A stretch of 64,000 nt of DNA, taken from positions 100,031 to 164,030 of IMG/VR virus record IMGVR_UViG_3300042535_000037; one strand, 5' to 3'. Each line of letters opens with the position of its first letter. Position 1 is the stretch's first letter. Of this stretch, positions 27,718 through 37,882 are shown piece after piece. This DNA comes from a virus. Lineage: Duplodnaviria > Heunggongvirae > Uroviricota > Caudoviricetes. A model generated the notes under the pieces. That model did no database searches, was not told the origin of the DNA, and saw only the letters and a list, made by a program, of their open reading frames with translations. The position numbers were made by a program, and so were the translations under genes.

Positions 27718-28023
27718 ATGAAAACTTCAACGCGCAACATTCTCGCTATTTGTTTTGGGATGGTAGCCCTCAGTATTCTATTCTACAGAATATTCGGCAA
27801 CCCTTCAGACATAACATCTACAGACATTAAAGATGCAGCATTAGCCATCTTTACAGGTTTTGGTATCTCAGTCTTCTATACCTTCTCTGAGATAGTAAAG
27901 AAAGGCTCAATAGACTATGAAAAAGTAAGTATAGTCATGGTAGTAACGGTCTCAATTTCAATAGTACTTGTTATCTGTTACTTAATGTTCCCAACCTTCG
28001 TAATGTGGATTTTAGGCACGTAA
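27718..28023 (+). CDS. 3-TM membrane protein
   Basis: Three hydrophobic segments; own promoter. Confidence 0.7.
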   Translation: MKTSTRNILAICFGMVALSILFYRIFGNPSDITSTDIKDAALAIFTGFGISVFYTFSEIVKKGSIDYEKVSIVMVVTVSISIVLVICYLMFPTFVMWILGT

Positions 28024-28068
28024 CACCTAACCACAACATTTTTATATACAAAACACCATTACATCTTC

Positions 28069-29139
28069 ATGTCTTTTAAGGCAATAATTGATGGCAAAAT
28101 TGTAGATAGCGAAAGAGATTTCACCCCTGAGCAATGGCAACATCTCAAGGACAGAAAAGATAAAAAAGACAATTTTAAACTTCTTTGTGATTGCCCTAAT
28201 GCCTACGCCATCCCAAAAACAGTAAAAAATCCAAAAAAGCATTTTGGTACAACTCAATATTTTACTCATCCACCTAATACTCAAACTGAAGAGTGTCACC
28301 TTAACCAAAAAGACAATGAAACTCATCGTCTTAATCAAAAAATAATGGTTACTGCTTGTGAAAATCTAGGTCTGCAAAACGTAGAAATGGAAAAAACCTT
28401 CATCAATGAAGATGGAGAGGAATTCCGTGTAGACGTTTATTGTGAAAATCATAAGCCATTTGGAGTCATGAAGCTTGCTTTTGAACTTCAAATTTCCCGC
28501 CAAACTACATCCAAATACCATGACCGTACATCAAAATACATAGACTTTAGGCTTCAGCCTGTATGGTTCTATGATTCTAGACATAATATCAATGATATTT
28601 CAGAAGAAATAGAAAAAGTGCCACTCGAAAAAGTAATCAGAGGTACTCACATCTCATTATCAAATTGGCAAGAAATCATACAAAAAGTAATTAAAGACCT
28701 TGAATTTAAGTACATGATTAATGAATATATCCCTGAAAACTTCAACCAAGTAACCATCGATGAACTAAAAAAGAACAATGGTGTCTTCCTAAGCATCAAC
28801 GAAAACTTTAAATCTTGTCTTGGAGATATGAGATTTTCAATCACAGCGATAGATAAAACCTTAGATGACATACATCACAAACCCTTATCTATAGAATTGT
28901 TCACGAACCAGTTTGACATTGACGTTATTTACTTCAAAAAGACATACAATAAACATCATGTGGACATAATGACTATCTCAATCTTACAATTAGCTTCAAT
29001 TTTAAACTTCATTCATTCCCCAGAAGGCGAAATGATAAGAAGATTAGTTATACTAAATGCAACCAATAAATTGAAAAATGGCGCAACTCAGATACCAATA
29101 GATAAAATTAAAGCGTACCCATTACCGGAGCAAATATGA
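28069..29139 (+). CDS. CoiA-like PD-(D/E)XK nuclease
   Basis: LLCDC..HF.H..C N-terminal Zn site; FRVDVY..AFELQIS..YHDRT..Y..PVWF. Confidence 0.7.
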   Translation: MSFKAIIDGKIVDSERDFTPEQWQHLKDRKDKKDNFKLLCDCPNAYAIPKTVKNPKKHFGTTQYFTHPPNTQTEECHLNQKDNETHRLNQKIMVTACENLGLQNVEMEKTFINEDGEEFRVDVYCENHKPFGVMKLAFELQISRQTTSKYHDRTSKYIDFRLQPVWFYDSRHNINDISEEIEKVPLEKVIRGTHISLSNWQEIIQKVIKDLEFKYMINEYIPENFNQVTIDELKKNNGVFLSINENFKSCLGDMRFSITAIDKTLDDIHHKPLSIELFTNQFDIDVIYFKKTYNKHHVDIMTISILQLASILNFIHSPEGEMIRRLVILNATNKLKNGATQIPIDKIKAYPLPEQI

Positions 29140-30359
29140 CCAAAATCATCATCGGTGACTCAAGAGAAGAACTCAAAAAACTTCCATCCAATCATTTTCA
29201 TTGTATAGTGACCTCTCCACCTTATTACGGTCAAAGAAATTATGGCACAGCAGAATGGATTGGTGGACATCCAGAATGTGACCACATAGAATGTGAATTC
29301 ATTACATCTGACAACTTACGAAAAGATGGGCGTTCTCATGTAGGTCTCTACGACAACGAAAAATACGAATCAATTCCAAAACAATATGTTGGAATGTGTC
29401 AAAAATGTGGCGCAACATCCATAGACAATCAAATAGGAATAGAAAATACACCTGAAGAATATACAGAAACTCTTGTACAAATATTCAGTGAACTCCGTAG
29501 AGTCCTTAGACCAGACGGTTCATGTTGGTTGGTAATCGGGGATTGCTACAATAATTACCGACCCGGAACTGGCGCACTCTCTCAACAATCGCTTTCAAAT
29601 TCTCTTAGAGACCTTCCTCAGCAATGTAATCGTAGAGCAAACAAACACCCTACCCTCAAGGAAAAAGACCTCATAGGCATTCCTTGGATGGTAGCTTTCG
29701 CACTCCGCAACGATGGATGGTATCTCAGAAGTGCTACCATCTGGCACAAAAACGGTATTCCAGAGTCAGTAAAGGACCGCCCTACTTCAACATATGAAAA
29801 TGTATTCCTTCTTACAAAAGAATCTAAATATTTCTATGACGACATTGCCATCCAAGAACCTGTAGAATACAAAAAAGATAACGGTATTCATCGATTTGGC
29901 GGAAACAAATACGGAGACAACAACGACCCTCTCTATCAAACTAAGTCAGGCAACGCATATAACTTCAAGGAAATGCGCAACAAGCGTAACATATGGAGAG
30001 TACCAACACAAGCCTTTTCAGGCGACCATTTTGCCACTTTCCCCATTAATCTCATAGACCCAATGTTGAAAGCCGGAACCTCTGAATTAGGCTGCTGTAC
30101 TAATTGCGGTGCTCCACAAGAGCGCAATCCTGAAGACTTGAAGTTCTATCCATCCTGCTCCTGTAATGCTCCCTACGAGCCTTGTAGAGTCTTAGACCCC
30201 TTCGGTGGCTCTGGTACTACAGGAGAATGGTGCTACCTCAACAACCGCGATTGTACTCTCATTGAACTAAATCCAAACTACAAAAAGTTCATATACGAGC
30301 GTTCACATATAAAAGAACAGGAACTTTTCAAATATAAAAATGTTCTAAGTATATTCTAA
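29136..30359 (+). CDS. N4/N6 DNA methyltransferase (beta class) with Cys-rich inserts
   Basis: VTSPPY (motif IV) precedes VLDPFGGSGTT (motif I); IELNP. Confidence 0.92.
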   Translation: MTKIIIGDSREELKKLPSNHFHCIVTSPPYYGQRNYGTAEWIGGHPECDHIECEFITSDNLRKDGRSHVGLYDNEKYESIPKQYVGMCQKCGATSIDNQIGIENTPEEYTETLVQIFSELRRVLRPDGSCWLVIGDCYNNYRPGTGALSQQSLSNSLRDLPQQCNRRANKHPTLKEKDLIGIPWMVAFALRNDGWYLRSATIWHKNGIPESVKDRPTSTYENVFLLTKESKYFYDDIAIQEPVEYKKDNGIHRFGGNKYGDNNDPLYQTKSGNAYNFKEMRNKRNIWRVPTQAFSGDHFATFPINLIDPMLKAGTSELGCCTNCGAPQERNPEDLKFYPSCSCNAPYEPCRVLDPFGGSGTTGEWCYLNNRDCTLIELNPNYKKFIYERSHIKEQELFKYKNVLSIF

Positions 30360-30368
30360 GGTGATACA

Positions 30369-30518
30369 TTGATAGAAGTCTCAATTAAATGTGAATTCTG
30401 CAACACGACCTATCAACGGTCAATACCCTATTTTCCAATCTACAGAATTTGTCCAAATTGTCATTCAAGAAACCGTATATCTCACGTAAAAGGCGGTGAT
30501 GCCTCTGGCACTGTCTGA
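30369..30518 (+). CDS. Zn-ribbon microprotein, 49 aa (not in ORF track)
   Basis: CEFC...CPNC; AGGTGAT SD, TTG start. Confidence 0.65.
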   Translation: MIEVSIKCEFCNTTYQRSIPYFPIYRICPNCHSRNRISHVKGGDASGTV

Positions 30519-30519
30519 T

Positions 30520-30882
30520 ATGTTCGGGAAAACGATTCAAATTGACATAGTTGATTTCTTATGTCAAAATTTTGGTCAATGGTACAACGTTACGGAACTT
30601 TCAGCATGTGTAGAACATATAAAAGAAGATGTTTTCGAGGTTCTTCCACAACTCATTTATGATGGTCTCATTCTTTATAAAATTGAAGAAAATATCTGTT
30701 ATTACACAATGTCCAAAGAGTACCTTCGTCACATTAATGTACTCGTATTTGCCAACTCTTTCCGTGTAGCAAACCTTGAAGAATTCGACATAGAATTAGA
30801 ATCAATCAAAAAAATGATAGGAGACATCCCAGACTTGGAAGAAATATCAGTCGTAACTCCTGATAACTACTTTGACGAATAA
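30520..30882 (+). CDS. winged-helix-like regulator
   Basis: IDIVDFL..N..WYNVTELS..V...V..VLPQLI..GLI wHTH pattern. Confidence 0.55.
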   Translation: MFGKTIQIDIVDFLCQNFGQWYNVTELSACVEHIKEDVFEVLPQLIYDGLILYKIEENICYYTMSKEYLRHINVLVFANSFRVANLEEFDIELESIKKMIGDIPDLEEISVVTPDNYFDE

Positions 30883-30914
30883 CTTTTTATACATTAAACT
30901 CCTTTAACAAACAA

Positions 30915-31703
30915 ATGTATTGCGAAAAATGTTCTAAAGAATTCAATCCTCTTCATGAAAAATGCCCTAAATGTGGCTTCATTCCATCGAAGAGACAAGT
31001 ACCAATCTTAGAAATACTATTCCTTATCTTCATCTCATGCTCAGTTTACCTAGTCTACGACTACGACTTTTCATCTTCACCTCAACTCTCATCCATAGAA
31101 TCATCTCTCATTTCTACAACTCAGGCTGCAAGTGTCTCTGAAGCTTCCCCTGTGGACCCCACTACAGCACGTCTTCAACTAATTAAGCAAATCAATCAAC
31201 AATACTACTTGTCTCACACCTACGAAGGCGATGACGTTTACGATTGTGACAATATGGCTCAAGATGTTTGGAACATGCTCAAGACAGCTAACATCACATC
31301 AAAAATAATGCTTGGAAATACAGGAATTACAGGCGAAACAGTCATGACTTCAAATCACGCATGGCTCCTAGCTTGTGTCAACGAAGACGAAGACCAATGG
31401 GTAGCAGTAGAATGCACAAATGGTTCTTTAGTCTTTAACAATGCGCAATACTATGAAGGTCTTCAATTTAATGACCCAAAAACCTACCGCACCTACAGAG
31501 AAACAAACCTTCAGATGCTTACGGCATACAATGACTACATTACATACCTGAACCGCTACAATGAGTTAATCACTCAATACAATACTAAACCTACCCCAGA
31601 GCTCTTAGGTCAAGTCAACGAATCCTATGTGGTCCTCAAGGACAAAGAAACAAAATACGAAACCCTAAGACTAAAAATGGATGAAATATACAAATCCCAA
31701 TGA
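30915..31703 (+). CDS. Zn-ribbon + TM + transglutaminase/papain-like cysteine protease + coiled coil
   Basis: CEKC..CPKC; TM helix; YDCDNMA (Cys), NHAWL (His), VAVECT (acid). Confidence 0.7.
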   Translation: MYCEKCSKEFNPLHEKCPKCGFIPSKRQVPILEILFLIFISCSVYLVYDYDFSSSPQLSSIESSLISTTQAASVSEASPVDPTTARLQLIKQINQQYYLSHTYEGDDVYDCDNMAQDVWNMLKTANITSKIMLGNTGITGETVMTSNHAWLLACVNEDEDQWVAVECTNGSLVFNNAQYYEGLQFNDPKTYRTYRETNLQMLTAYNDYITYLNRYNELITQYNTKPTPELLGQVNESYVVLKDKETKYETLRLKMDEIYKSQ

Positions 31704-32198
31704 TTATTTAATCCTTGTAAACTTCAGTCTAAAATGTAATGCAGCGACATTGTGACCACCATAAGTCGCTGTCTGTACTCTATATCTTTTCTTTGTTCCC
31801 ACTTCTCCCACATAACCATACAATTCACCATTCTTGTTAAACAAAACCAACTCATCCAAGGTTCCAGCTTTCTTCTCCAACTTCCTCATTATTTCTTCTT
31901 TTCTCTTCTCTAACCTTTTATCAACCAAAATTTCAATCTCTTTCCAGTTTCCATCCTTAACTAATCCCGCTAACCTATTATCCTTTCCAAAATTCTTATT
32001 CAAGAACAAAACTTGTCTATAATAAGCCGGAAAGCTATTTTTCTCAACTTTATAGCCTCTATATCTCAAAAGTACTAACTCTTCATCACTTAAATCTTCC
32101 TTATTCTTCTTTATTTCTAAAATTTCTCCATTTAATCTCCTGTAGTCTTCCATGTATCTATTTTTCCAAAATTCAATATAATCATCTAAACACTTCAT
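31704..32198 (-). CDS. hypothetical basic protein (start corrected)
   Basis: ATG 32198 sits about 23 nt from the TATA shared with 32249. Confidence 0.7.
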   Translation of the reverse strand: MKCLDDYIEFWKNRYMEDYRRLNGEILEIKKNKEDLSDEELVLLRYRGYKVEKNSFPAYYRQVLFLNKNFGKDNRLAGLVKDGNWKEIEILVDKRLEKRKEEIMRKLEKKAGTLDELVLFNKNGELYGYVGEVGTKKRYRVQTATYGGHNVAALHFRLKFTRIK

Positions 32199-32248
32199 GA
32201 TTCTACTATAACAATTAAACTTAAATACCTTTTTGTCATTCTTCATTT

Positions 32249-32734
32249 ATGAACCAACTTGAAGAACGTGTAGACTTTCTTATATCCAATAATCTCCAAT
32301 GGAAAATTCCAAAACATTTGCCTGTAAACATTACTGAAGAAAAAGACTTCTTAGCAACCATTCACTTCTATCCAAAAAATAATCGCCCTACATTTTTCAT
32401 AGAAGTACTTCCAGACAAAGAAATTTCTTATAGAAGAAAGTTTCAATCTATGTCTCCTGCATCTGAAATAAATGTTTCACCCCGAATATTCCATCTTTCA
32501 GATAAGGCAATTGACTGCGTTCTTCTCCATGAACTATGTCATTGGTACACTGAAGAAACCTACTATCCCATAAAAACACAGGGTCACGGTGCTGAATTCA
32601 AAAAATCTGCTCGAAAATTAAAGCTTCCAGCAGGTTACGCAAGAGCAACCGCTACTCACATTATTTATGAAGATGCTAAAGATGTAGACAAATTCTTCGA
32701 AAAAAGAAGTAAAGCACTTGCAAAAAGTAGATAA
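32249..32734 (+). CDS. SprT-like zinc metalloprotease
   Basis: VLLHELCHW..GHGAEFKK. Confidence 0.8.
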   Translation: MNQLEERVDFLISNNLQWKIPKHLPVNITEEKDFLATIHFYPKNNRPTFFIEVLPDKEISYRRKFQSMSPASEINVSPRIFHLSDKAIDCVLLHELCHWYTEETYYPIKTQGHGAEFKKSARKLKLPAGYARATATHIIYEDAKDVDKFFEKRSKALAKSR

Positions 32735-32834
32735 ACTTATATACCTTTCCACTAATCTTCATTCATGTTATTAAATGAAATGCCGGAAAACTACATTCCC
32801 CAAGATGCTAAATCAATCAACAATTGGATTGGAG

Positions 32835-34053
32835 GTAAACTACCACTTGGCTAAAGACCAAGTGGCTTTTGGATAGCTAAAGCTTCCATATATGGTTGGT
32901 TTACAGGCAACCTACTCAACTGAGATTTACCCAATTGAGCTATATTTCTTGATGCGTTTAAGTCAGCATGTATTTCAAAACCACAATCACAAATGTATTT
33001 ATTGCCATTTCTATTGGTTTTTTCAATTTTTCCACATCTTGAACACTTCTGAGAAGTATATCTTGGGTCAATATATATTACTTTTTTACCAATAGCTTCT
33101 GCTTTATATTCCAAGAATTGTGCTAACTGATAGAATGACCAATTATTAAGTCTTCTATTAAGATTTTTTCCTTTAGAAGATTGTAATCTAATATTAGTTA
33201 GGTCTTCTAATACAAATACATCAAATGGCATATTTACAATAACTTTTGAAATACAATGGTTTACATGAGTCACAAACTGTCTTTCTTTTCTGCTTCTCTT
33301 TTTAAGGAGTTGTTTAGCAGACTTAGTGCCTTTGGACTGTAATTCACTTCTAACATATGCATATTTACCCCTTACATTTTTAACAGACTTACCATTAAAA
33401 AATTTATTATTTGAGCAAACAGCAATGTTAATTATACCTCTATCAATACCAAGAATTCTGTCTCCTTTAATCTCAGGATTTTTTTCTGTCATTGTCACAT
33501 TTAAGAAAAACTCATTATTCTTGATATTATATTTTAGAGTAGAACTTCTTACTTCCCAATTAATATATTTTTCATAATACTTAGGCATAGAGAATGTTGC
33601 TTTAATTCTACCACTTATAGTAGAAAGGGTTACATAATTATATTTTAAATAATACGTAATTACCCTTTTATTATATCTAATAGCAGAAAACTCACTTGAT
33701 ACAGGAAGAGTTTTTAGTTTAACTCCCTTGAGAGATTCACATGCTACATCTCTAGCTCCCTGAAGTAAAGAAGATGGAAATTCTGGATATTTTTCTCTAA
33801 TGTTATAGTAAGTAACATTATGGATTTTTATTTTATTTGAAGTTTTATTCATATATCCATATTCAGAAATTTGATTAAATATTTCATTAAATATTGATAT
33901 AGTCTTCTTGAGTACCAACTCATCATTTTTATTAATACTCAACTTCAACCTTATAGTTCTATCCACAATATATAATAGTATTTTTATTATTTAAATATTG
34001 CGGCATTTCCTCTCCTGAGCTAAAGACTCAGGAGTTTCCATGCCTATATTCTT
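32835..34053 (-). mobile_element. IS200/IS605-family element, tnpB-only (IS1341-like)
   Basis: Subterminal hairpins CTCCTGAG-CTAAAGA-CTCAGGAG and CCACTTGG-CTAAAGA-CCAAGTGG; inserted 3' of TTCAT; right end ..GTAGTTTAC; no target duplication. Confidence 0.9.
32851..33966 (-). CDS. tnpB: RNA-guided endonuclease TnpB
   Basis: RuvC motifs GIDRG, VLEDL, HADLNA; Zn finger CSRC..CDC. Confidence 0.95.
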   Translation of the reverse strand: MDRTIRLKLSINKNDELVLKKTISIFNEIFNQISEYGYMNKTSNKIKIHNVTYYNIREKYPEFPSSLLQGARDVACESLKGVKLKTLPVSSEFSAIRYNKRVITYYLKYNYVTLSTISGRIKATFSMPKYYEKYINWEVRSSTLKYNIKNNEFFLNVTMTEKNPEIKGDRILGIDRGIINIAVCSNNKFFNGKSVKNVRGKYAYVRSELQSKGTKSAKQLLKKRSRKERQFVTHVNHCISKVIVNMPFDVFVLEDLTNIRLQSSKGKNLNRRLNNWSFYQLAQFLEYKAEAIGKKVIYIDPRYTSQKCSRCGKIEKTNRNGNKYICDCGFEIHADLNASRNIAQLGKSQLSRLPVNQPYMEALAIQKPLGL

Positions 34054-34234
34054 ATGAACTTGAAAAATACATGAATTGTACCACAACTCACTGTGGTTAT
34101 TGCGAATCAAACAGGGTACAGCAAATAGGAATCAAGATTCAAAAACAGTTTCCTATGAATGAAATGTTCTACTTTGTAGGATTTACATCAAAAAGAGAAT
34201 TCAAGTGCCTTGAATGTAAAAAAGAGTGGACCGT

Positions 34235-34549
34235 CTAAATTTTATTGTCCACTATTGTTTCTATAATTTTGTTTTTTGTCAAATTAGTGCTTAACAGAAA
34301 ACTCTCAATTCTTTCTAAATAATCAAGAACTTCCTTACTAATATCTTTCTTTTCAACACAATATAATTGTTCTCCAAAGTCCACAGGAACATCCAAAATT
34401 TGAACTTTCATATTTCTCATAACATGAAATGAAAAACAATTCCTGACAAACATCATGTTCATATCTGGACATGCCGCATATTCCCTTATACATCTAATAT
34501 CATTCAGGAATGTTTTAACACATTTTTTTCTTTTATAATTTTCAAACAT
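34235..34549 (-). CDS. hypothetical protein
   Basis: ORF divergent from 34625. Confidence 0.65.
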   Translation of the reverse strand: MFENYKRKKCVKTFLNDIRCIREYAACPDMNMMFVRNCFSFHVMRNMKVQILDVPVDFGEQLYCVEKKDISKEVLDYLERIESFLLSTNLTKNKIIETIVDNKI

Positions 34550-34624
34550 GCTAAGTCATTCATCATCAATCTACATATACCTTTCTACGCAAACTTCATA
34601 TACAATCACATCATTCAACATACC

Positions 34625-35176
34625 ATGATTAAATCATTGGAAAAACACCAATTATTTCTAAATTCACTAAATGAAAGAGCAATTGAAGAAGTTGCTCAAG
34701 AAATGCTTATTCCCCTCGAAGATGCTTATGAAACATATTGCCTAGCCATTAAATCCCTTCATGAATTCCACATGGACTCTCTAGGTACAACTACAACTCC
34801 TTTCTCAAACTATACTCAGGAAAGACTATTCCAACTCTACTTTGAAGGCAAAAACGATACAGAAATCTCTAGAATAATGAGCCTTCCAAAAACAACAAGC
34901 ATCACTCAAACTCAAGTTAGAAGCTGGCGCAAGTCCAAAAGGCTCCCAAAAGCAAGACTTACAGAAATAGAAAAGAACATCCTTAAACTCTACTTACTTG
35001 GCTTACCAGACTACGCAATAGCTGATGAACTCAAAACTTTCCGCTCAAAAATAGTCAGGTGGCGTGAAAAGAACAACTTTGAAGAAAACATAGATGAGCC
35101 AAAAGAAGAAACCATAGACAAGGAATCCCTCATCTTTTCACCAAATATAGAACAAATCATAAAAAGGAGTCAATGA
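34625..35176 (+). CDS. tandem HTH DNA-binding protein
   Basis: Two repeats LY..G..D.EI...M/L.....V..WR. Confidence 0.7.
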   Translation: MIKSLEKHQLFLNSLNERAIEEVAQEMLIPLEDAYETYCLAIKSLHEFHMDSLGTTTTPFSNYTQERLFQLYFEGKNDTEISRIMSLPKTTSITQTQVRSWRKSKRLPKARLTEIEKNILKLYLLGLPDYAIADELKTFRSKIVRWREKNNFEENIDEPKEETIDKESLIFSPNIEQIIKRSQ

Positions 35177-35475
35177 CTCCTTCTCTTATCATTCCGAAAC
35201 AATAAATTACCATAGCAAAAATAATAGCGAAAGCTAGAACTTCCTCTTTATTCATGTTTCTAAATTATCCTATTTAGTTCAAAAACATATCGGAATAAAT
35301 GGAATAAAAACACATACCCAAACAGTAAAATAACTGCTAACCATCCCATAAAAACTTCTTCCATCCCAATTTTCATATTCAACAATTATTTACTACACTT
35401 AAATAGTTTTCATACATAAACTCTATATTCTATATATTCGAAACCCTTTTATATCATCCATTCCTTCTTTCATTC

Positions 35476-35745
35476 ATGACAAAACTTGACGAACAACGTG
35501 AAGTCATCAACCTTGAAATTCTCAAGGCAGGCTTCGTTCAAAACCCAAGAACTAGGGGAACTTTCATTTATGAAAAGTTCAACGGTGATAAACTAAAAAT
35601 TGACACACGTAAAGTCAACTTTAAGCTAATCAGCGTCTTCAGACCAGCAGGAAGCAGGGAAATTCTCACTACAACCTTGGTTTCAAAACCCATCTCTAAA
35701 ATCAATCCTGCAAGCGTAGTTCCTACATTGAGGAAGTTGATGTGA
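35476..35745 (+). CDS. hypothetical basic protein
   Basis: TTTTATAT plus pyrimidine tract, leaderless. Confidence 0.7.
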   Translation: MTKLDEQREVINLEILKAGFVQNPRTRGTFIYEKFNGDKLKIDTRKVNFKLISVFRPAGSREILTTTLVSKPISKINPASVVPTLRKLM

Positions 35746-35912
35746 ACACTGAACTAACCTTCAAACCAATCAAAAAGTACAAAAGAGAACTACCCAACGG
35801 TGGTTTTTACCACTTTGAAGTTCTTAGCTACGAAAAAGAGCTCAACGAATTTAACGAAATGATGGACAAACTAAACAAAGAGGTGAAAATATGAGAAGAG
35901 GTGGACCGTGAA

Positions 35913-36248
35913 TTACTGAGGAATAATCCTCAGTATCTTGTTACTCGCATTATCTCCAAAGTCGAACTCTCCTATTCTTCCTTCTCTCGCAATCGTTATA
36001 GCGAACCTGAAGGCATCCAACTTGCTCTTAGCAATTATATCTACCTGTGGGAAACAATATCCCTTCTTATTTTCTGTTTTCCAGTGAATGTGATACTCAC
36101 TTCCATTCAAGAATGAATCATCTACACCCATATTAATCTTAGAAACCTTATCCCTGTACATATATCTTGGACAATGCATACACTGAACTTTTCTATACTT
36201 AATCTCTTCAGGAGCATCGAACTTAATTGGACAATCAATTATTGCCAT
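35913..36248 (-). CDS. hypothetical protein with CxxC
   Basis: C..CMHC; G/T-rich codons like other minus-strand genes. Confidence 0.6.
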   Translation of the reverse strand: MAIIDCPIKFDAPEEIKYRKVQCMHCPRYMYRDKVSKINMGVDDSFLNGSEYHIHWKTENKKGYCFPQVDIIAKSKLDAFRFAITIAREGRIGEFDFGDNASNKILRIIPQ

Positions 36249-36332
36249 GATTTCTATAATGTTCTAAAACTATATAAACATTACTCTAATAAGTTTTATA
36301 TACTAAAAAGACATAGTAGAATTGGTGATTCA

Positions 36333-36560
36333 ATGTTATCGAGCGCATCTGCAACTGAGAAACTAAAGGGAAAGAAATGCTCTAAATGTAAAAAGGAAAT
36401 CTTAGAAGTAAGGATTTTCAATAAAAGCACAGGCATAGGAGCAACATTAGTTCACTCACAAACTATAGAAAATACGTTCTTTGGAAAAGTAAACATAATC
36501 AAGGAACACTGCACCGTTGATGAAGAGGAACTTTCTAAACTATTAAAGAGGCGCAATTAA
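36333..36560 (+). CDS. small Zn-binding protein (start corrected)
   Basis: GGTGAT SD; CSKC..H..HC. Confidence 0.6.
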   Translation: MLSSASATEKLKGKKCSKCKKEILEVRIFNKSTGIGATLVHSQTIENTFFGKVNIIKEHCTVDEEELSKLLKRRN

Positions 36561-37432
36561 TGGATAATGAATACAAATCATTAGGCGAGAATATTGTAGA
36601 AACAATACATATGTCTCTTGGAAAGAACTTTGGTTCTCTTCTTACTGATACATTCAGAAATATGGCATGGTTTAATTCAACATTTGAAAAAGCTACCGAG
36701 AGCATGGAACATGAGTTTCCAGAATTAACCACAAATCAAATTGAAGATTTGCTAAACGGAAAACTAGCATTTCAAACTTCAGAAGATGATGTAAGTGTAG
36801 AGCTCGTTTCCGATGAATGGATTGCTCCAAACTGGAAATTAATCACTGAAACACTTGTCAACCTTAACGGTGGAGCATTCATGAGAAATTCCACTCTAAG
36901 AGGACTTGGCTTGAAACCCATAAACTCGGATTCAGTAATGGAGCTTGCAGAATCAGCATACGATTATCTTTACAGTGATAGGAAACATGCTTATCAATTT
37001 TACATGGACATGATGACAGAAGTAAAGAGAATCAGAGTCTATACAGGTGATGAAGGAGCATTTGATGTTCAACATCCAATGCTTCAGGAACCAAATGCCA
37101 TCGTTTCCAAAGACCTAACGAACATCAGGAACGGATGGCTCTCTCCACAGGGAACCTTCTATGAATGCAAACACTATCAGCATGATTCTCTTGCAGACAT
37201 TCTTCATACTGAAGGTAGCAAGGGTCTTGAAAAGCAAAACTGGATTCGCCTATGTGAAGGAGAATGGCTTTGCCTTGACAAAATAGGCTTCATGAGAGCC
37301 ACCGAAAAACAAATGGACACCGTAGAAGAGTGGCAATCCATCAACGCCAAGGATGCTCCTATCTACTGGAATTCAATTCCATATACATATGCAGAATGGT
37401 TAAGGGGTCAGATATCAGATGACAAACTCTGA
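36560..37432 (+). CDS. GWxSPQG-domain protein, paralog of 47113
   Basis: GWLSPQGTFYECKHYQH..LEKQNWIRL..KQMDT. Confidence 0.75.
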   Translation: MDNEYKSLGENIVETIHMSLGKNFGSLLTDTFRNMAWFNSTFEKATESMEHEFPELTTNQIEDLLNGKLAFQTSEDDVSVELVSDEWIAPNWKLITETLVNLNGGAFMRNSTLRGLGLKPINSDSVMELAESAYDYLYSDRKHAYQFYMDMMTEVKRIRVYTGDEGAFDVQHPMLQEPNAIVSKDLTNIRNGWLSPQGTFYECKHYQHDSLADILHTEGSKGLEKQNWIRLCEGEWLCLDKIGFMRATEKQMDTVEEWQSINAKDAPIYWNSIPYTYAEWLRGQISDDKL

Positions 37433-37781
37433 ATATTCCTTTTTAGTGGAAAGAGCTCTAGACATCCTTGAATATCAAGGTTACTTTCCATCAAAATTCA
37501 CATACAAGGTCTACAAAGAAAGAGATTCAGCCTTAATAGTTATCAATGACCACTTCGTAGAGCTCTCTGCATCTCAGATTTGTATGAACTTACTCGATTG
37601 GAATGCAATTTTTGACAAGTCAAAACAAAGAATAACAGAGATTACACACGAAGAAAGAATTGCATTAATCAAAAGCATTAATAGATTAGAAGAAATGGAT
37701 ATTGGAGAAGTTCAATTCACAAGAAAACTTGGTAAATTGTCACAAAAAGACTTGAATACAAGATTCGGATTACAAAAATAG
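37419..37781 (+). CDS. hypothetical protein
   Basis: Coupled ORF. Confidence 0.65.
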   Translation: MTNSEYSFLVERALDILEYQGYFPSKFTYKVYKERDSALIVINDHFVELSASQICMNLLDWNAIFDKSKQRITEITHEERIALIKSINRLEEMDIGEVQFTRKLGKLSQKDLNTRFGLQK

Positions 37782-37882
37782 TTTGAAAAAGTAACTAATG
37801 TTCAATCATAGTTGTAATTATACAAAGTTTTAAATACATAAACATCCATTACTCATTGCTAACATTCATTAAATCCCGTCAG

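Larger units (their letters stand above)
32765..34238 (+). pseudogene. 84-aa Zn-ribbon gene interrupted by the IS
   Basis: Joining 32765-32834 to 34054-34238 gives an intact ORF: MLLNEMPENY..WIG|DELEKY..CGYC..CLECKKEWTV*. Confidence 0.85.

Noticed and set aside
32835-34053. IStron (self-splicing IS)
   Set aside because: The element is antisense to the interrupted gene and leaves no room for a group I intron core.
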